From TPA_inf: Saccharomyces (Eukaryota): 64,000 nucleotides of DNA. Below the pieces are notes generated by a model. That model saw nothing but the letters and a program-made list of their open reading frames with translations, searched no databases and had not been told where the DNA came from. Both the position numbers and the translations under genes were made by a program. Positions 12,393-22,696 of the stretch are shown piece by piece (position 1 is the first letter of the stretch; each line of letters starts with the position of its first letter). Location of the stretch: positions 32,001 to 96,000 of the forward strand of contig BK006940.2 of assembly GCA_000146045.2 (NCBI GenBank). Reading direction: 5' to 3'.

Positions 12393-12654
12393 TATTGGTG
12401 GTTATATTAGCAGATAGGTAAAAAAGGAGAAAGAAGTACTAAGGAAATTGTCGATTTAGTTTTCGTCAAAGATCTTATACTTTGCCAAGAAGAATAGACG
12501 ATATAAACAGAAAAATAAGTGAAAAGAACACGTAAAAAACGGCACATTTTAATATATTTCAAATTTTTTTTTCATCAACGACAAAAGGAATGCATTTTAT
12601 CCACTTTTCGTGTCTCATGACGAGTATACCGATAAACGCCAAATGCGTATTTTA

Positions 12655-13560
12655 TTATCTATTTTGGCCAAAATCAACGTGTCCCGTGGATTCAGCGTGC
12701 CTAGCAACTTCTCTTTCACCCACAAAGGTCATTTGGCAAGTGTTGCATTTGATCTGGGCCTTATGAGTGTTGAAGGAATAGCCAGTTTGCTTCAAATTTG
12801 AGGCCAGTTGCAAAGCTGCTGTTAGAACATCATCTGATTCCGGCTGGTTCTTGTTGAAAACAGTTTTAAACTCGTTCATGGTCAAGGAATCATAGTGGAT
12901 TCCGTTGAACAGTATCAAAATGTAGTTGTCGAACTTGTCCTCGTTGAACTTTTCGATTTTAACAGCGTCAATGTCGACTACATAAATAGCTACTGCGAGT
13001 GCATCGGATATGATACCAATCTCGATGGCTCCACCCCAAGATTCCATTTTCAAAATCCATTGCGCGTAATCTTTGTTAGGTTTGTCCAATATGGCGTCAT
13101 TGAACTTGACGGGGTTGTTGAGGACCTCCTTAGAGACCATCTCCCTGAGGTCACGAACGCTATCTTGTTTGAAGATGCCATAGGCAATAGCATGGAACAG
13201 ACACGAGTTGTCGTCGAGAACAGGATGTACTGATAGGACGTTTTCTCCACTGCCACCAATTGACATCTCAGTGCTCTTCAGCACCCTCTTTGGTTTGGGT
13301 TGTGGTGGTGGCAAACTGAAGCTTTCGTTACTATCAGAGGACTCTATTGTAATCTTTTCACCAGAGTTAATACCCAGCTCGTCCAGCTGGGTTTGTCCCA
13401 AAGAAGCGTCTTCCCCTTGCAAATTGATCCTTTGAGGCGGATATCCAAACCTCATCGTCTTAACATCTACATTGATATGCTCAATAAGATCATTTAGTGT
13501 TGCATCTTGCTTCAAAGTAACGACTTGGTTGATTCCTGCTCCAGTAACTTTCAGTTTCAT
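12655..13560 (-). CDS. OTU1: OTU-family deubiquitinase with N-terminal UBX-like domain and C-terminal C2H2 zinc finger
   Basis: 301 aa. OTU Cys box (…DDNSCLFHAIAYG…) and His box, plus a C-terminal CNTCQ…HAESTGH zinc finger. Confidence 0.9.
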   Translation of the reverse strand: MKLKVTGAGINQVVTLKQDATLNDLIEHINVDVKTMRFGYPPQRINLQGEDASLGQTQLDELGINSGEKITIESSDSNESFSLPPPQPKPKRVLKSTEMSIGGSGENVLSVHPVLDDNSCLFHAIAYGIFKQDSVRDLREMVSKEVLNNPVKFNDAILDKPNKDYAQWILKMESWGGAIEIGIISDALAVAIYVVDIDAVKIEKFNEDKFDNYILILFNGIHYDSLTMNEFKTVFNKNQPESDDVLTAALQLASNLKQTGYSFNTHKAQIKCNTCQMTFVGEREVARHAESTGHVDFGQNR

Positions 13561-13719
13561 CTTGAAAGTTTCTTCTCTTGGTTATCTTCTTCAATGTTAT
13601 CTTGTTTTCAAAGGAAAAAGTTGTTATTTGCCACTGAAATCGGCTTATTTCGCCCTTTACTATTAGTTACTACCATTGCCCTATAGAAACGATATATATT
13701 GGTACGAAGAAAATACAGA

Positions 13720-15744
13720 TCACAACTTCAGTTCTACCAATTGCAGCTTCACCAGTTGATGTAATGAGACAGCAATTGAACGTATGTAGAACAGATTAAA
13801 CAATAGCAAAACGACCACAATCAAGTATAAGAACAACCATGTTTCCATGGTGACCTTGAGACCTTGCTGCTCTGCAATTGCGGGAGCCGTAACAACCGCT
13901 TCTCTTGGTTGTTCAAGGTCAACCTCTTTCAACTTATTTTTTACTTCTTTATCATCTTGCTCCTCTTCCTCCTTGCTGATAGTAATTTGGCACTCTTCGA
14001 CATTGTTCTTGATGAACTTGGAAAGAATACGCTCCATTAATTGCGCAGCCTCCAATTGACCATTCTTGCATCCATTTTCAACCATACCTTTGATCCAACT
14101 GGAACCAGTCCATTCCACCCAAAAGGATACCCGTAACAGACACGTTATTTCGTCATTCCAACGGATTAGATACCTTGTCTTAGTTGAGAAACTACCACCA
14201 CTGGGCACGTTCGGAGTGCGTATGCTACTGATAACCTCATAGTAAGTATCAGGATCTTTTCTCTTTATTACCTCAGCAACATAACATGTCGTGGACTTGG
14301 GCCCCGCAGGAAAGTGCAATGCTTTCTCGTATGAATACTCACGCTTCAAAGTCATGGAAGATCCGTCAATGCTCGTGAAATTTGGAATAGTGGTAATTTG
14401 TGAACCTTCTTGACCCCGTAAAAAATCTAGAAGAAATTCGTTTTGCTCTGAGTTGAACATGATCTCAAAAAGTATACCAGGTGCACAATCGAATGGTAAC
14501 TCCTTGAGAACAAACTCGTTATTGGCCATAGGTTCAGCCGGAAAGCTTGTTGAATGATGATATATTGGACCATCATACTGATACGAGGAATCGGCACGCA
14601 GTTTATACGCTTTCTCTTTTTCTTTATCCGGCGAGGAACTCGTACTATTGGGGGTAGTCTCATTTGTAGAGATATTTTCATCGTCATTTTCATTAGTGTC
14701 ATTATCATTAGCGTCTTTATCATTGTTTTCCTCATCGATGGAGTTTATTGCATCATCAATCTCTTTGCCATTTCCTGACTTTTCTGCTTTAGTATTGATG
14801 TTTTCGCTGGCCATGTCCTTCTGCAACAAGGTTCTTGACCACACTTCTTTCATTAATCCAAATGCAGCATCCCTGGATATAAAACCATTAAAGAGAGTTT
14901 TGCCCATCTTTGTTTCGATGGATATTGCGCTGGGGAACAACCCAGCAGCAGAAGTTTTTTCCATAAACGTGACATCTTCGAACGCAATCAGTACTTTAGC
15001 AATCCAACCAAGAACATTGGAGTTGAAGCAGAGATGCGTTTCTGTTATGTATAGTTTCCCCTGGTAAAGCAGCTCTCTATTCAGCCCACAATTAAAATCA
15101 TCCAGTAGTCTGTCATCTTTAGGAACGGACTTGAATGTCTCATGAAAGTCTTTATTTCTTTGCTCAGACGCATAGTGATAAGGTGTGTCCATGTAACGTT
15201 CTTCCACGAATCGTCTATGATCGTAATTGTCTTCTTTCATTTGGGAAGGAGTGAGTCTTGTCTTGACCTCATCAGGCTTTTCCACCTGTTGCAAGGGAGA
15301 GCCTATTTCAGCAATTGTGGCATTACTGATACGGCGGCTTGATCTTCTTTTGGACCCCATGGAAGGCTCCCTTCTATGTGATATAATGCTTGGTTGCGAA
15401 ACTGGCGAAGTTGGCGTAGTTGATCTAGAAACTGGGGATGGCACGTTTGACTTAAACGAAGAGATCATTCCACTGAAGAACGAGGACGTCGAAGAAGTCC
15501 TTGATTGATCGTGCTTGATCTCTGTAGGGTGTTCATCGGCGGCACTTTGGTTTGTAATCACTACTAAATTCTTGCGTACGTCGTTGGTCTCTGTATTTAG
15601 GGGCACTTCTTGCAGTGACTCAGCTTCAGTATCGCCGGCATTGTCATTGTTACTTGCATGCTCAAAGGGGGGACCCAATTGTTTCACAGAATCAGTACTG
15701 TCCTCATTATCTGATACGGGTTCCCAGTTATCTACATCCGACAT
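13720..15744 (-). CDS. LAM5: GRAM + VASt (StART-like) sterol-transfer protein, C-terminal membrane anchor
   Basis: The long ORF 13720..15750 has two in-frame ATGs: MVMSDVDNW… at 15750 and MSDVDNW… at 15744. I recall the annotated YFL042C product as 674 aa, which implies the downstream ATG at 15744. Asn/Asp-rich low-complexity insert and a C-terminal TM helix. Confidence 0.8.
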   Translation of the reverse strand: MSDVDNWEPVSDNEDSTDSVKQLGPPFEHASNNDNAGDTEAESLQEVPLNTETNDVRKNLVVITNQSAADEHPTEIKHDQSRTSSTSSFFSGMISSFKSNVPSPVSRSTTPTSPVSQPSIISHRREPSMGSKRRSSRRISNATIAEIGSPLQQVEKPDEVKTRLTPSQMKEDNYDHRRFVEERYMDTPYHYASEQRNKDFHETFKSVPKDDRLLDDFNCGLNRELLYQGKLYITETHLCFNSNVLGWIAKVLIAFEDVTFMEKTSAAGLFPSAISIETKMGKTLFNGFISRDAAFGLMKEVWSRTLLQKDMASENINTKAEKSGNGKEIDDAINSIDEENNDKDANDNDTNENDDENISTNETTPNSTSSSPDKEKEKAYKLRADSSYQYDGPIYHHSTSFPAEPMANNEFVLKELPFDCAPGILFEIMFNSEQNEFLLDFLRGQEGSQITTIPNFTSIDGSSMTLKREYSYEKALHFPAGPKSTTCYVAEVIKRKDPDTYYEVISSIRTPNVPSGGSFSTKTRYLIRWNDEITCLLRVSFWVEWTGSSWIKGMVENGCKNGQLEAAQLMERILSKFIKNNVEECQITISKEEEEQDDKEVKNKLKEVDLEQPREAVVTAPAIAEQQGLKVTMETWLFLYLIVVVLLLFNLFYIRSIAVSLHQLVKLQLVELKL

Positions 15745-15989
15745 CACCACTAATCTTTTTGTGTAGTTGCCTTCTTCACCCTTTTCTCAGATAGCGAAAT
15801 GGTTGAGTGTTTTAATATAATTGTCAAGATGCTTTATGAAAAAGGGTGGGAGAAACAAGTCCCCCTGCTCAGCGATACGCGATCTCTCTGATCTCAGACA
15901 TAAAGCAAACATTCTATCATGAGTGACATTGAGGATGACGGTAATTGGTAATATCTGACCTTCTGACCTCCACTCAACACAATGCAGAA

Positions 15990-16925
15990 AGCTATCAAAT
16001 GTTTTGAACCAAACATGAAAGAGATTCAGAAAGTTGCCAAGCCAACGTGATGTCACAGGTCAAAGTTTAAGTGAAGGCTATTGGAATCTGCGGATCAGAC
16101 ATTCACTACTACACGGATGGCCAGGTCAGCGTAAAGTAACCTGGGAAGCCCATGACTTTGGGCCACGAATCCAACGGTGCTGTTCTTGAAATTGAAGTAT
16201 CTCAAACTACTGTAAAGCGGGTGATGCAGTAAGCATATAGCCCTCATACCCAAATAGGTTTACCAAAGAGTTTCTGTGAGGCCATTATAGTTTGCAGCTC
16301 AACATACCATTTGCTGCATCACTGACCGTGACGGCACCCTTTGTCAAGAGTTCGTGGTTAACGTCGACTGCGTTTACTGATTACCGTTACAGTGAATTTC
16401 TAGCAAGAGTCCTCTGTAGATGCCACTATTTGTCGCTCTCCATGTAGTAAGGCCGTCCTAGCTGAAGTGTGGGGAGTAAGCTGTAGTTATAGGTGCTGGA
16501 ACAATTGATCTGCTGGCGGGTGCGGTACTCAGAGGGTTTGGTGTTCATGAGTACACATGATTCCAAGAAAGAGCAAAATGGACAGTTTATAAACGCTATG
16601 AAGAACTGCTATAATCAGAAAAAAAGGAAGCCTGATGGATTCGAGTCCTCAGGTACTCAAAAGAGCGTTGAGAATATGCTAAAATGTGTCAAGAACGGTG
16701 GAACAGTTAAGTAGGTTGATATCCACCCCTCGAATGAAAATGTGGGGACCCTCCCAACGAGATTCCTTCAGAGAGATTACATATAAAGTGAAATTCAAGT
16801 ATGACGATGGTGACTACTCCTTGGCCATTGATTTGATGTCTAGGGATTGTATTAATGTCTATGAGTTGATTACCGATAGGCTACTGGTTGATTTCCTTTC
16901 AAAAAAGCTGCTCAAGCTAAGATAG
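15990..16925 (+). pseudogene. Decayed relic of a sorbitol/xylitol dehydrogenase gene (zinc-dependent medium-chain dehydrogenase, SOR1/XYL2-like)
   Basis: Translating three forward frames gives collinear pieces of a polyol dehydrogenase, interrupted by stops and frameshifts. They are VKAIGICGSDIHYYTDGQVSVK*PGKPMTLGHESNGAVLEIEV (cf. SOR1 AIKATGICGSDIHYY…APMVLGHESSGQVVEVG), HYSLQLNIPFAAS…TAPFVKS (cf. SYNLCPHMAFAAT…DGTLVKY), GAGTIDLLAGAVLRGFG (cf. GAGPVGLLTGAVARAFG), KCVKNGGTVK (cf. VKTTKVGGTMVQ) and FKYDDGDYSLAIDLM…NVYELIT (cf. FRYSFGDYRDAVNLV…NVKPLIT). Confidence 0.8.
16734..16925 (+). CDS. Small 63-codon ORF (YFL041W-A-like) that is the C-terminal fragment of the dehydrogenase relic
   Basis: MKMWGPSQRDSFREITYKVKFKYDDGDYSLAIDLMSRDCINVYELITDRLLVDFLSKKLLKLR lies inside the 16686..16925 ORF. 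It aligns with the C-terminus of sorbitol dehydrogenases. It is likely a pseudogene fragment rather than an independent gene. Confidence 0.4.
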   Translation: MKMWGPSQRDSFREITYKVKFKYDDGDYSLAIDLMSRDCINVYELITDRLLVDFLSKKLLKLR

Positions 16926-17010
16926 GTAAGGTGTTTATAGAATTTATCGAACTGTATCTAAATATTTTTAATATTCTTGTTTTATTACTTTGTGGCTTTT
17001 GTATTCAGTC

Positions 17011-17017
17011 TGCACCC
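17011..17017 (+). promoter_or_regulatory. Aft1-type iron-responsive element core (TGCACCC) upstream of FET5
   Basis: TGCACCC sits 122 bp upstream of the FET5 ATG. FET5 is a known Aft1-regulon member. The flanking base does not fit the extended consensus perfectly. Confidence 0.35.
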
Positions 17018-17138
17018 TGTTTCGCCATCGATTCTTATAATACATACATTTTTATATAAGATCACAGAAAATACGAAGACGTAAAAAAAGAGTTCCGAAT
17101 GAAAGAAGAAAGAATCAAGCACAGGAAGACAAGAAACG

Positions 17139-19007
17139 ATGTTGTTCTACTCGTTCGTGTGGTCTGTACTGGCCGCTAGTGTTGCTTTGGCAAAGACACA
17201 TAAGTTAAACTATACCGCTTCTTGGGTAACTGCCAATCCTGATGGATTGCATGAAAAAAGGATGATTGGTTTTAATGGCGAATGGCCACTTCCAGATATC
17301 CATGTTGAAAAAGGAGATCGTGTTGAGCTTTATTTGACTAACGGCTTTCAAGACAATACTGCTACTTCTCTACATTTCCATGGTCTTTTCCAGAATACGA
17401 GTTTGGGGAACCAGCTTCAAATGGATGGTCCTTCTATGGTGACACAATGTCCCATCGTTCCGGGACAAACATACCTGTACAACTTCACTGTCCCAGAGCA
17501 GGTAGGAACGTTCTGGTACCATGCACACATGGGTGCCCAGTACGGTGACGGTATGAGGGGTGCATTTATCATCCACGATCCGGAGGAGCCCTTCGAATAT
17601 GATCATGAACGAGTCATCACTCTATCGGACCATTATCACGAAAATTATAAAACGGTTACCAAAGAGTTTCTGTCAAGATATAATCCAACCGGTGCTGAAC
17701 CTATTCCTCAAAATATTCTTTTTAATAATACGATGAATGTAACTTTAGATTTTACACCCGGTGAAACGTATCTCTTCAGGTTCTTGAACGTTGGGCTGTT
17801 TGTATCCCAGTATATCATTCTTGAGGATCATGAAATGAGTATAGTAGAGGTGGACGGTGTTTACGTAAAGCCAAACTTTACTGATTCGATATATCTTTCT
17901 GCGGGGCAAAGAATGAGTGTGTTGATTAAAGCTAAAGATAAAATGCCTACAAGAAACTACGCTATGATGCAAATAATGGATGAGACGATGCTTGATGTTG
18001 TCCCACCTGAGTTACAACTCAACCAAACTATCCAAATGAGGTATGGCCACTCGTTGCCGGAGGCACGCGCATTGAACATTGAAGATTGTGACTTGGACCG
18101 CGCCACGAATGACTTTTACCTAGAACCTCTGATTGAGAGAGACCTACTTGCTCACTATGACCACCAAATTGTCATGGATGTAAGAATGGTCAACTTGGGT
18201 GATGGTGTGAAGTATGCATTTTTCAATAATATCACTTACGTCACACCAAAGGTGCCTACTTTGACAACGTTGCTTACCTCAGGAAAGCTTGCGTCAGATC
18301 CTAGAATTTATGGTGATAATATCAATGCGCAGTTATTGAAACATAATGATATCATAGAGGTTGTTCTAAACAATTATGATTCTGGCAGACATCCATTCCA
18401 TTTGCACGGTCATAATTTCCAAATAGTCCAAAAGTCGCCAGGGTTCCATGTTGATGAAGCTTATGACGAATCTGAGCAAGATGAAATGACCGTCCCTTAT
18501 AACGAATCTGCGCCATTACAACCGTTCCCTGAGAGGCCGATGGTGAGAGATACAGTGGTTCTTGAACCTAGTGGACATGTTGTCCTGAGATTTAGAGCTG
18601 ACAACCCTGGTGTCTGGTATTTCCATTGTCATGTAGATTGGCACTTACAACAAGGTTTGGCTTCGGTCTTTATTGAGGCACCCGTTTTACTTCAGGAAAG
18701 GGAAAAGCTTAATGAGAACTATCTGGATATATGCAAAGCCGCTGATATTCCGGTAGTTGGTAATGCTGCAGGTCATTCGAATGATTGGTTTGACTTAAAA
18801 GGATTACCAAGACAACCTGAGCCACTACCAAAGGGATTTACTACTGAAGGATATTTGGCATTGATTATTTCAACCATTATCGGTGTCTGGGGCCTATATT
18901 CCATTGCTCAGTATGGTATTGGCGAGGTTATCCCTAACGATGAGAAGGTGTACCACACGTTAAGGGAAATCTTGGCTGAAAATGAAATAGAGGTTTCTCG
19001 CGGCTAA
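17139..19007 (+). CDS. FET5: Multicopper ferroxidase (Fet3 paralog), vacuolar iron transport
   Basis: 622 aa. Signal peptide, copper-binding motifs HFHG, HAHMG and HCHVDWH, and a C-terminal TM helix. Confidence 0.95.
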   Translation: MLFYSFVWSVLAASVALAKTHKLNYTASWVTANPDGLHEKRMIGFNGEWPLPDIHVEKGDRVELYLTNGFQDNTATSLHFHGLFQNTSLGNQLQMDGPSMVTQCPIVPGQTYLYNFTVPEQVGTFWYHAHMGAQYGDGMRGAFIIHDPEEPFEYDHERVITLSDHYHENYKTVTKEFLSRYNPTGAEPIPQNILFNNTMNVTLDFTPGETYLFRFLNVGLFVSQYIILEDHEMSIVEVDGVYVKPNFTDSIYLSAGQRMSVLIKAKDKMPTRNYAMMQIMDETMLDVVPPELQLNQTIQMRYGHSLPEARALNIEDCDLDRATNDFYLEPLIERDLLAHYDHQIVMDVRMVNLGDGVKYAFFNNITYVTPKVPTLTTLLTSGKLASDPRIYGDNINAQLLKHNDIIEVVLNNYDSGRHPFHLHGHNFQIVQKSPGFHVDEAYDESEQDEMTVPYNESAPLQPFPERPMVRDTVVLEPSGHVVLRFRADNPGVWYFHCHVDWHLQQGLASVFIEAPVLLQEREKLNENYLDICKAADIPVVGNAAGHSNDWFDLKGLPRQPEPLPKGFTTEGYLALIISTIIGVWGLYSIAQYGIGEVIPNDEKVYHTLREILAENEIEVSRG

Positions 19008-19349
19008 TTAAACAAGAAAATATAAAAGAAAAATGAAAGAAGTTTATATTCATATTGATGATTTGCAATCCTAAAAAAAATGTAGCACTGTAAATACTGC
19101 TTACTATTGAGTATTTTCATTTTGTTCATTCCATTCCCTATATAATATTCATACGTAATCAAATCTATTGCTTTTTTTTTCTCTTTTATTTCGTTGTTTT
19201 AGCTCTGACGTTGTGACGCTCAGCCAAGAACGTCACAAAAAAAGGATGAAAATCAAAAAACAAAATATTCAATAAGTGTAATATGAGAAGAGAAAAAAGA
19301 AAGAACAAGTACAGTTTCTAACATTATACTTTAAAAATTATTAAGCACA

Positions 19350-20972
19350 ATGACAGCAATGAAAGCTATTGTCTGGAGACTTCCCAAGATGCCGAAAATC
19401 AAAATTACAAAAACTTATGAAGTTACGAAAATTACGGCGATATTGACACTAGTAGGATTTATAATGGGCCTTGAGGTGCCGTCATTGGCAACTTTTCTCA
19501 CAAACAAAACGTTTAATGAGTACTTCAAGTATCCAACTCCTTTACAACAAGGTTTACTCATGGGGTCCACCCCCCTGGGTGGTATCATGGGATGTTTTAT
19601 TTGCTGCATAATGAATGATAGATTCAGTAGAATATATCAATTTCAATCGGGAATAATAATATGGAATATTGTTACGTTATTGAACTTTTGTATTTGGGAT
19701 ATATTAGGTTTACTAATTTGCCGGATGATCAAGGGTATGATCCTTGGGAACTTTTCAATTTTAGTAGCATCCTACGCAAATGAAGTTATCCCCCGCGGCA
19801 AGCGTGGAAGTACGATGAGCTATATTCAATTGTGTTTAACCATTGGAATTCTTGTTATGCATTATTTGTGCATTGCATTAAGTCTATGGGATTCTCATTT
19901 TGCGTTCCGTATAGCGTGGTGCATAGGAATCATTCCTGGATTACTGTTCTGGATGGCTAGCTACGCTCTACCTGAATCTTATCACTGGCTAGTACTACAT
20001 GGGAAGATGAGTGAAGCTCAGGAAATTCAGCACAATTTAGCCAAAAAGTTTAATGAAAGCCAGCCAAGGGATGCAGTCCCTGAGATGAGTAAGATCGAAT
20101 TAGCAGGAGATTTTTGGATTGGAGTTAATGATTTGGACTTCTCCAAAAAATTACCTCGGGGTTCGTTTAAGCCTTTGATTCTTGGAATGACTTTACAGTT
20201 ATTGGTTCAATTTAGCGGTATAAACATTATCCTTGGTTATATTACATACATTTGCGAGATTGTAGGGCTTGAAGGCAATGTAAAACTATTCACCAGTTCC
20301 ATTCCATATTTCATCAACATGGTTTTGAGCTTGTTACCGATTACATTCATTGATTACACTAGCAGAAAGCTAATTACCTTGTTGGGTGGCTTTCCCATTA
20401 GTGGGTTGCTCATTACAATCGGCGCATTATTTGTGAAGTATGGTCAAGACACCAAGCCCATCGACGGCAATAGGAGTTTAGTTTGGTCAATTGGAGAAAA
20501 CCCGTTTGTGGGAGGATGGATTCTAACTTTATGCTTTCTAATTGTTGGAATATTTGCCATGAGCCTTTCCAGTATACCTTGGGTTTACACGAATGAAATG
20601 TTGCCCTCACGAGTGAAAGTTAAGGGATTTGCCATTTGCGTAACGTTTGGATGGTTGGGCAATTTTATTTTAACGTTTCTATGCCCTGTGATGATTGAAA
20701 GATTAAAAGGCACAACATTTATAATATTTGGATCTTTGACATTCTTGATATCACTTTCAGTTTTGATTTGGTTCCCAGAAACAAAGGGTATGAGCATAGA
20801 AGATATTGATAAATTCTTCGAATTTGAGAGTAAAGAGGGCACCAATTTACATGGGGAAAAGGGTATCAAAACGCCGGACTCAAATTCTAATGGCGGTTCT
20901 ACAAGATCCTCCCAAGAAGGGCAATTGCATAAACCTATAAAACTGAAAAGCGATGAAGAGATGATCATATGA
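19350..20972 (+). CDS. Putative MFS sugar-transporter-like membrane protein
   Basis: 540 aa with about 12 predicted TM helices and a sugar-porter-like fold. Position fits YFL040W. Confidence 0.8.
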   Translation: MTAMKAIVWRLPKMPKIKITKTYEVTKITAILTLVGFIMGLEVPSLATFLTNKTFNEYFKYPTPLQQGLLMGSTPLGGIMGCFICCIMNDRFSRIYQFQSGIIIWNIVTLLNFCIWDILGLLICRMIKGMILGNFSILVASYANEVIPRGKRGSTMSYIQLCLTIGILVMHYLCIALSLWDSHFAFRIAWCIGIIPGLLFWMASYALPESYHWLVLHGKMSEAQEIQHNLAKKFNESQPRDAVPEMSKIELAGDFWIGVNDLDFSKKLPRGSFKPLILGMTLQLLVQFSGINIILGYITYICEIVGLEGNVKLFTSSIPYFINMVLSLLPITFIDYTSRKLITLLGGFPISGLLITIGALFVKYGQDTKPIDGNRSLVWSIGENPFVGGWILTLCFLIVGIFAMSLSSIPWVYTNEMLPSRVKVKGFAICVTFGWLGNFILTFLCPVMIERLKGTTFIIFGSLTFLISLSVLIWFPETKGMSIEDIDKFFEFESKEGTNLHGEKGIKTPDSNSNGGSTRSSQEGQLHKPIKLKSDEEMII

Positions 20973-21259
20973 TACACGGTCCAATGGATAAACATTTTTT
21001 ATCAACACTATGATATATAAATATAATAGTTTTTCGTATATATATTCCTTTTTTTGGTCAATTTTTGAAATTTTCGTAGAAAAGGGAGAGACAAAACACA
21101 TTATATCAATGAAAACGTACAAAAAGTAGATAAAGTCAGTGCTTAAACACGTCTTTTCCTTAAAAATACTTTATTATTTTTATTTTATTGAGAGGGTGGT
21201 TTAAAAATAGAAATAGAGAGAGAGGTACATACATAAACATACGCGCACAAAAGCAGAGA

Positions 21260-22696
21260 TTAGAAACACTTGTGGTGAACGATAGATGGACCACTTTCGT
21301 CGTATTCTTGTTTTGAGATCCACATTTGTTGGAAGGTAGTCAAAGAAGCCAAGATAGAACCACCAATCCAGACGGAGTACTTTCTTTCTGGAGGAGCAAT
21401 GATCTTGACCTTCATGGAAGATGGAGCCAAAGCGGTGATTTCCTTTTGCATTCTTTCGGCAATACCTGGGAACATGGTGGTACCACCGGACATAACGATG
21501 TTACCGTATAATTCCTTACGGACATCGACATCACACTTCATGATGGAGTTGTAAGTAGTTTGGTCAATACCGGCAGATTCCAAACCCAAAACAGAAGGAT
21601 GGAACAAAGCTTCTGGGGCTCTGAATCTTTCGTTACCAATAGTGATGACTTGACCATCTGGAAGTTCGTAGGATTTTTCAATTGAAGAAGATTGAGCAGC
21701 GGTTTGCATTTCTTGTTCGAAGTCCAAGGCGACGTAACATAGTTTTTCCTTGATGTCACGGACAATTTCTCTTTCAGCAGTGGTGGAGAAAGAGTAACCA
21801 CGTTCACTCAAGATCTTCATCAAGTAGTCAGTCAAATCTCTACCGGCCAAATCGATTCTCAAAATGGCGTGAGGTAGAGAGAAACCAGCGTAAATTGGAA
21901 CGACGTGAGTAACACCATCACCGGAATCCAAAACAATACCAGTAGTTCTACCGGAAGAGTACAAGGACAAAACGGCTTGGATGGAAACGTAGAAGGCTGG
22001 AACGTTGAAAGTTTCAAACATAATTTGAGTCATCTTTTCTCTGTTTGATTTAGGGTTCATTGGAGCTTCAGTCAAAAGAACAGGGTGTTCTTCTGGGGCA
22101 ACTCTCAATTCGTTGTAGAAGGTATGATGCCAGATCTTTTCCATATCGTCCCAGTTGGTGACAATACCGTGTTCAATTGGGTAACGTAAAGTCAAGATAC
22201 CTCTCTTGGATTGAGCTTCATCACCAACGTAGGAGTCTTTTTGACCCATACCGACCATGATACCTTGGTGTCTTGGTCTACCGACGATAGATGGGAAGAC
22301 AGCACGAGGAGCGTCGTCACCGGCAAAACCGGCTTTACACATACCAGAACCGTTATCAATAACCAAAGCAGCAACCTCTAAACATATAATATAGCAACAA
22401 AAAGAATGAAGCAATCGATGTTAGTACATGAGACTTAGTAACAGTAGCAAATAAAAGAAGAATATCACTATCACTTATCACGAAAATATTTCAGTTTTTT
22501 TTTTTTTTCCAAATTTCAAGCCCCTATTTATTCCAATAATATCGTGGTTATTACAGATCAGTCAATATAGGAGGTTATGGGAGAGTGAAAAATAGTAAAA
22601 AAAGGTAAAAGAGAAATCTCTCGAGCAATTGGGACCGTGCAATTCTTCTTACAGTTAAATGGGATGGTGCAAGCGCTAGAACATACCAGAATCCAT
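21260..22696 (-). CDS. ACT1: Actin; two exons 22687..22696 (ATGGATTCTG) and 21260..22377
   Basis: Exon 2 translates to the complete yeast actin from …[17 protein letters not shown]… to …IVHHKCF. Exon 1 encodes M-D-S plus the first nucleotide of the next codon. The spliced product is 375 aa. Confidence 0.97.
22378..22686 (-). other. ACT1: ACT1 spliceosomal intron (309 nt)
   Basis: Read on the minus strand: 5' splice site GTATGT at 22686..22681, branch point TACTAAC at 22435..22429, and 3' splice site TAG ending at 22378. Confidence 0.95.

Noticed and set aside
22378-22414. ORF-track ACT1 start [18 protein letters not shown]… at 22414
   Set aside because: This reads through the 3' end of the intron. 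Real translation begins in the 10-nt exon 1 at 22687..22696 and joins at 22377.
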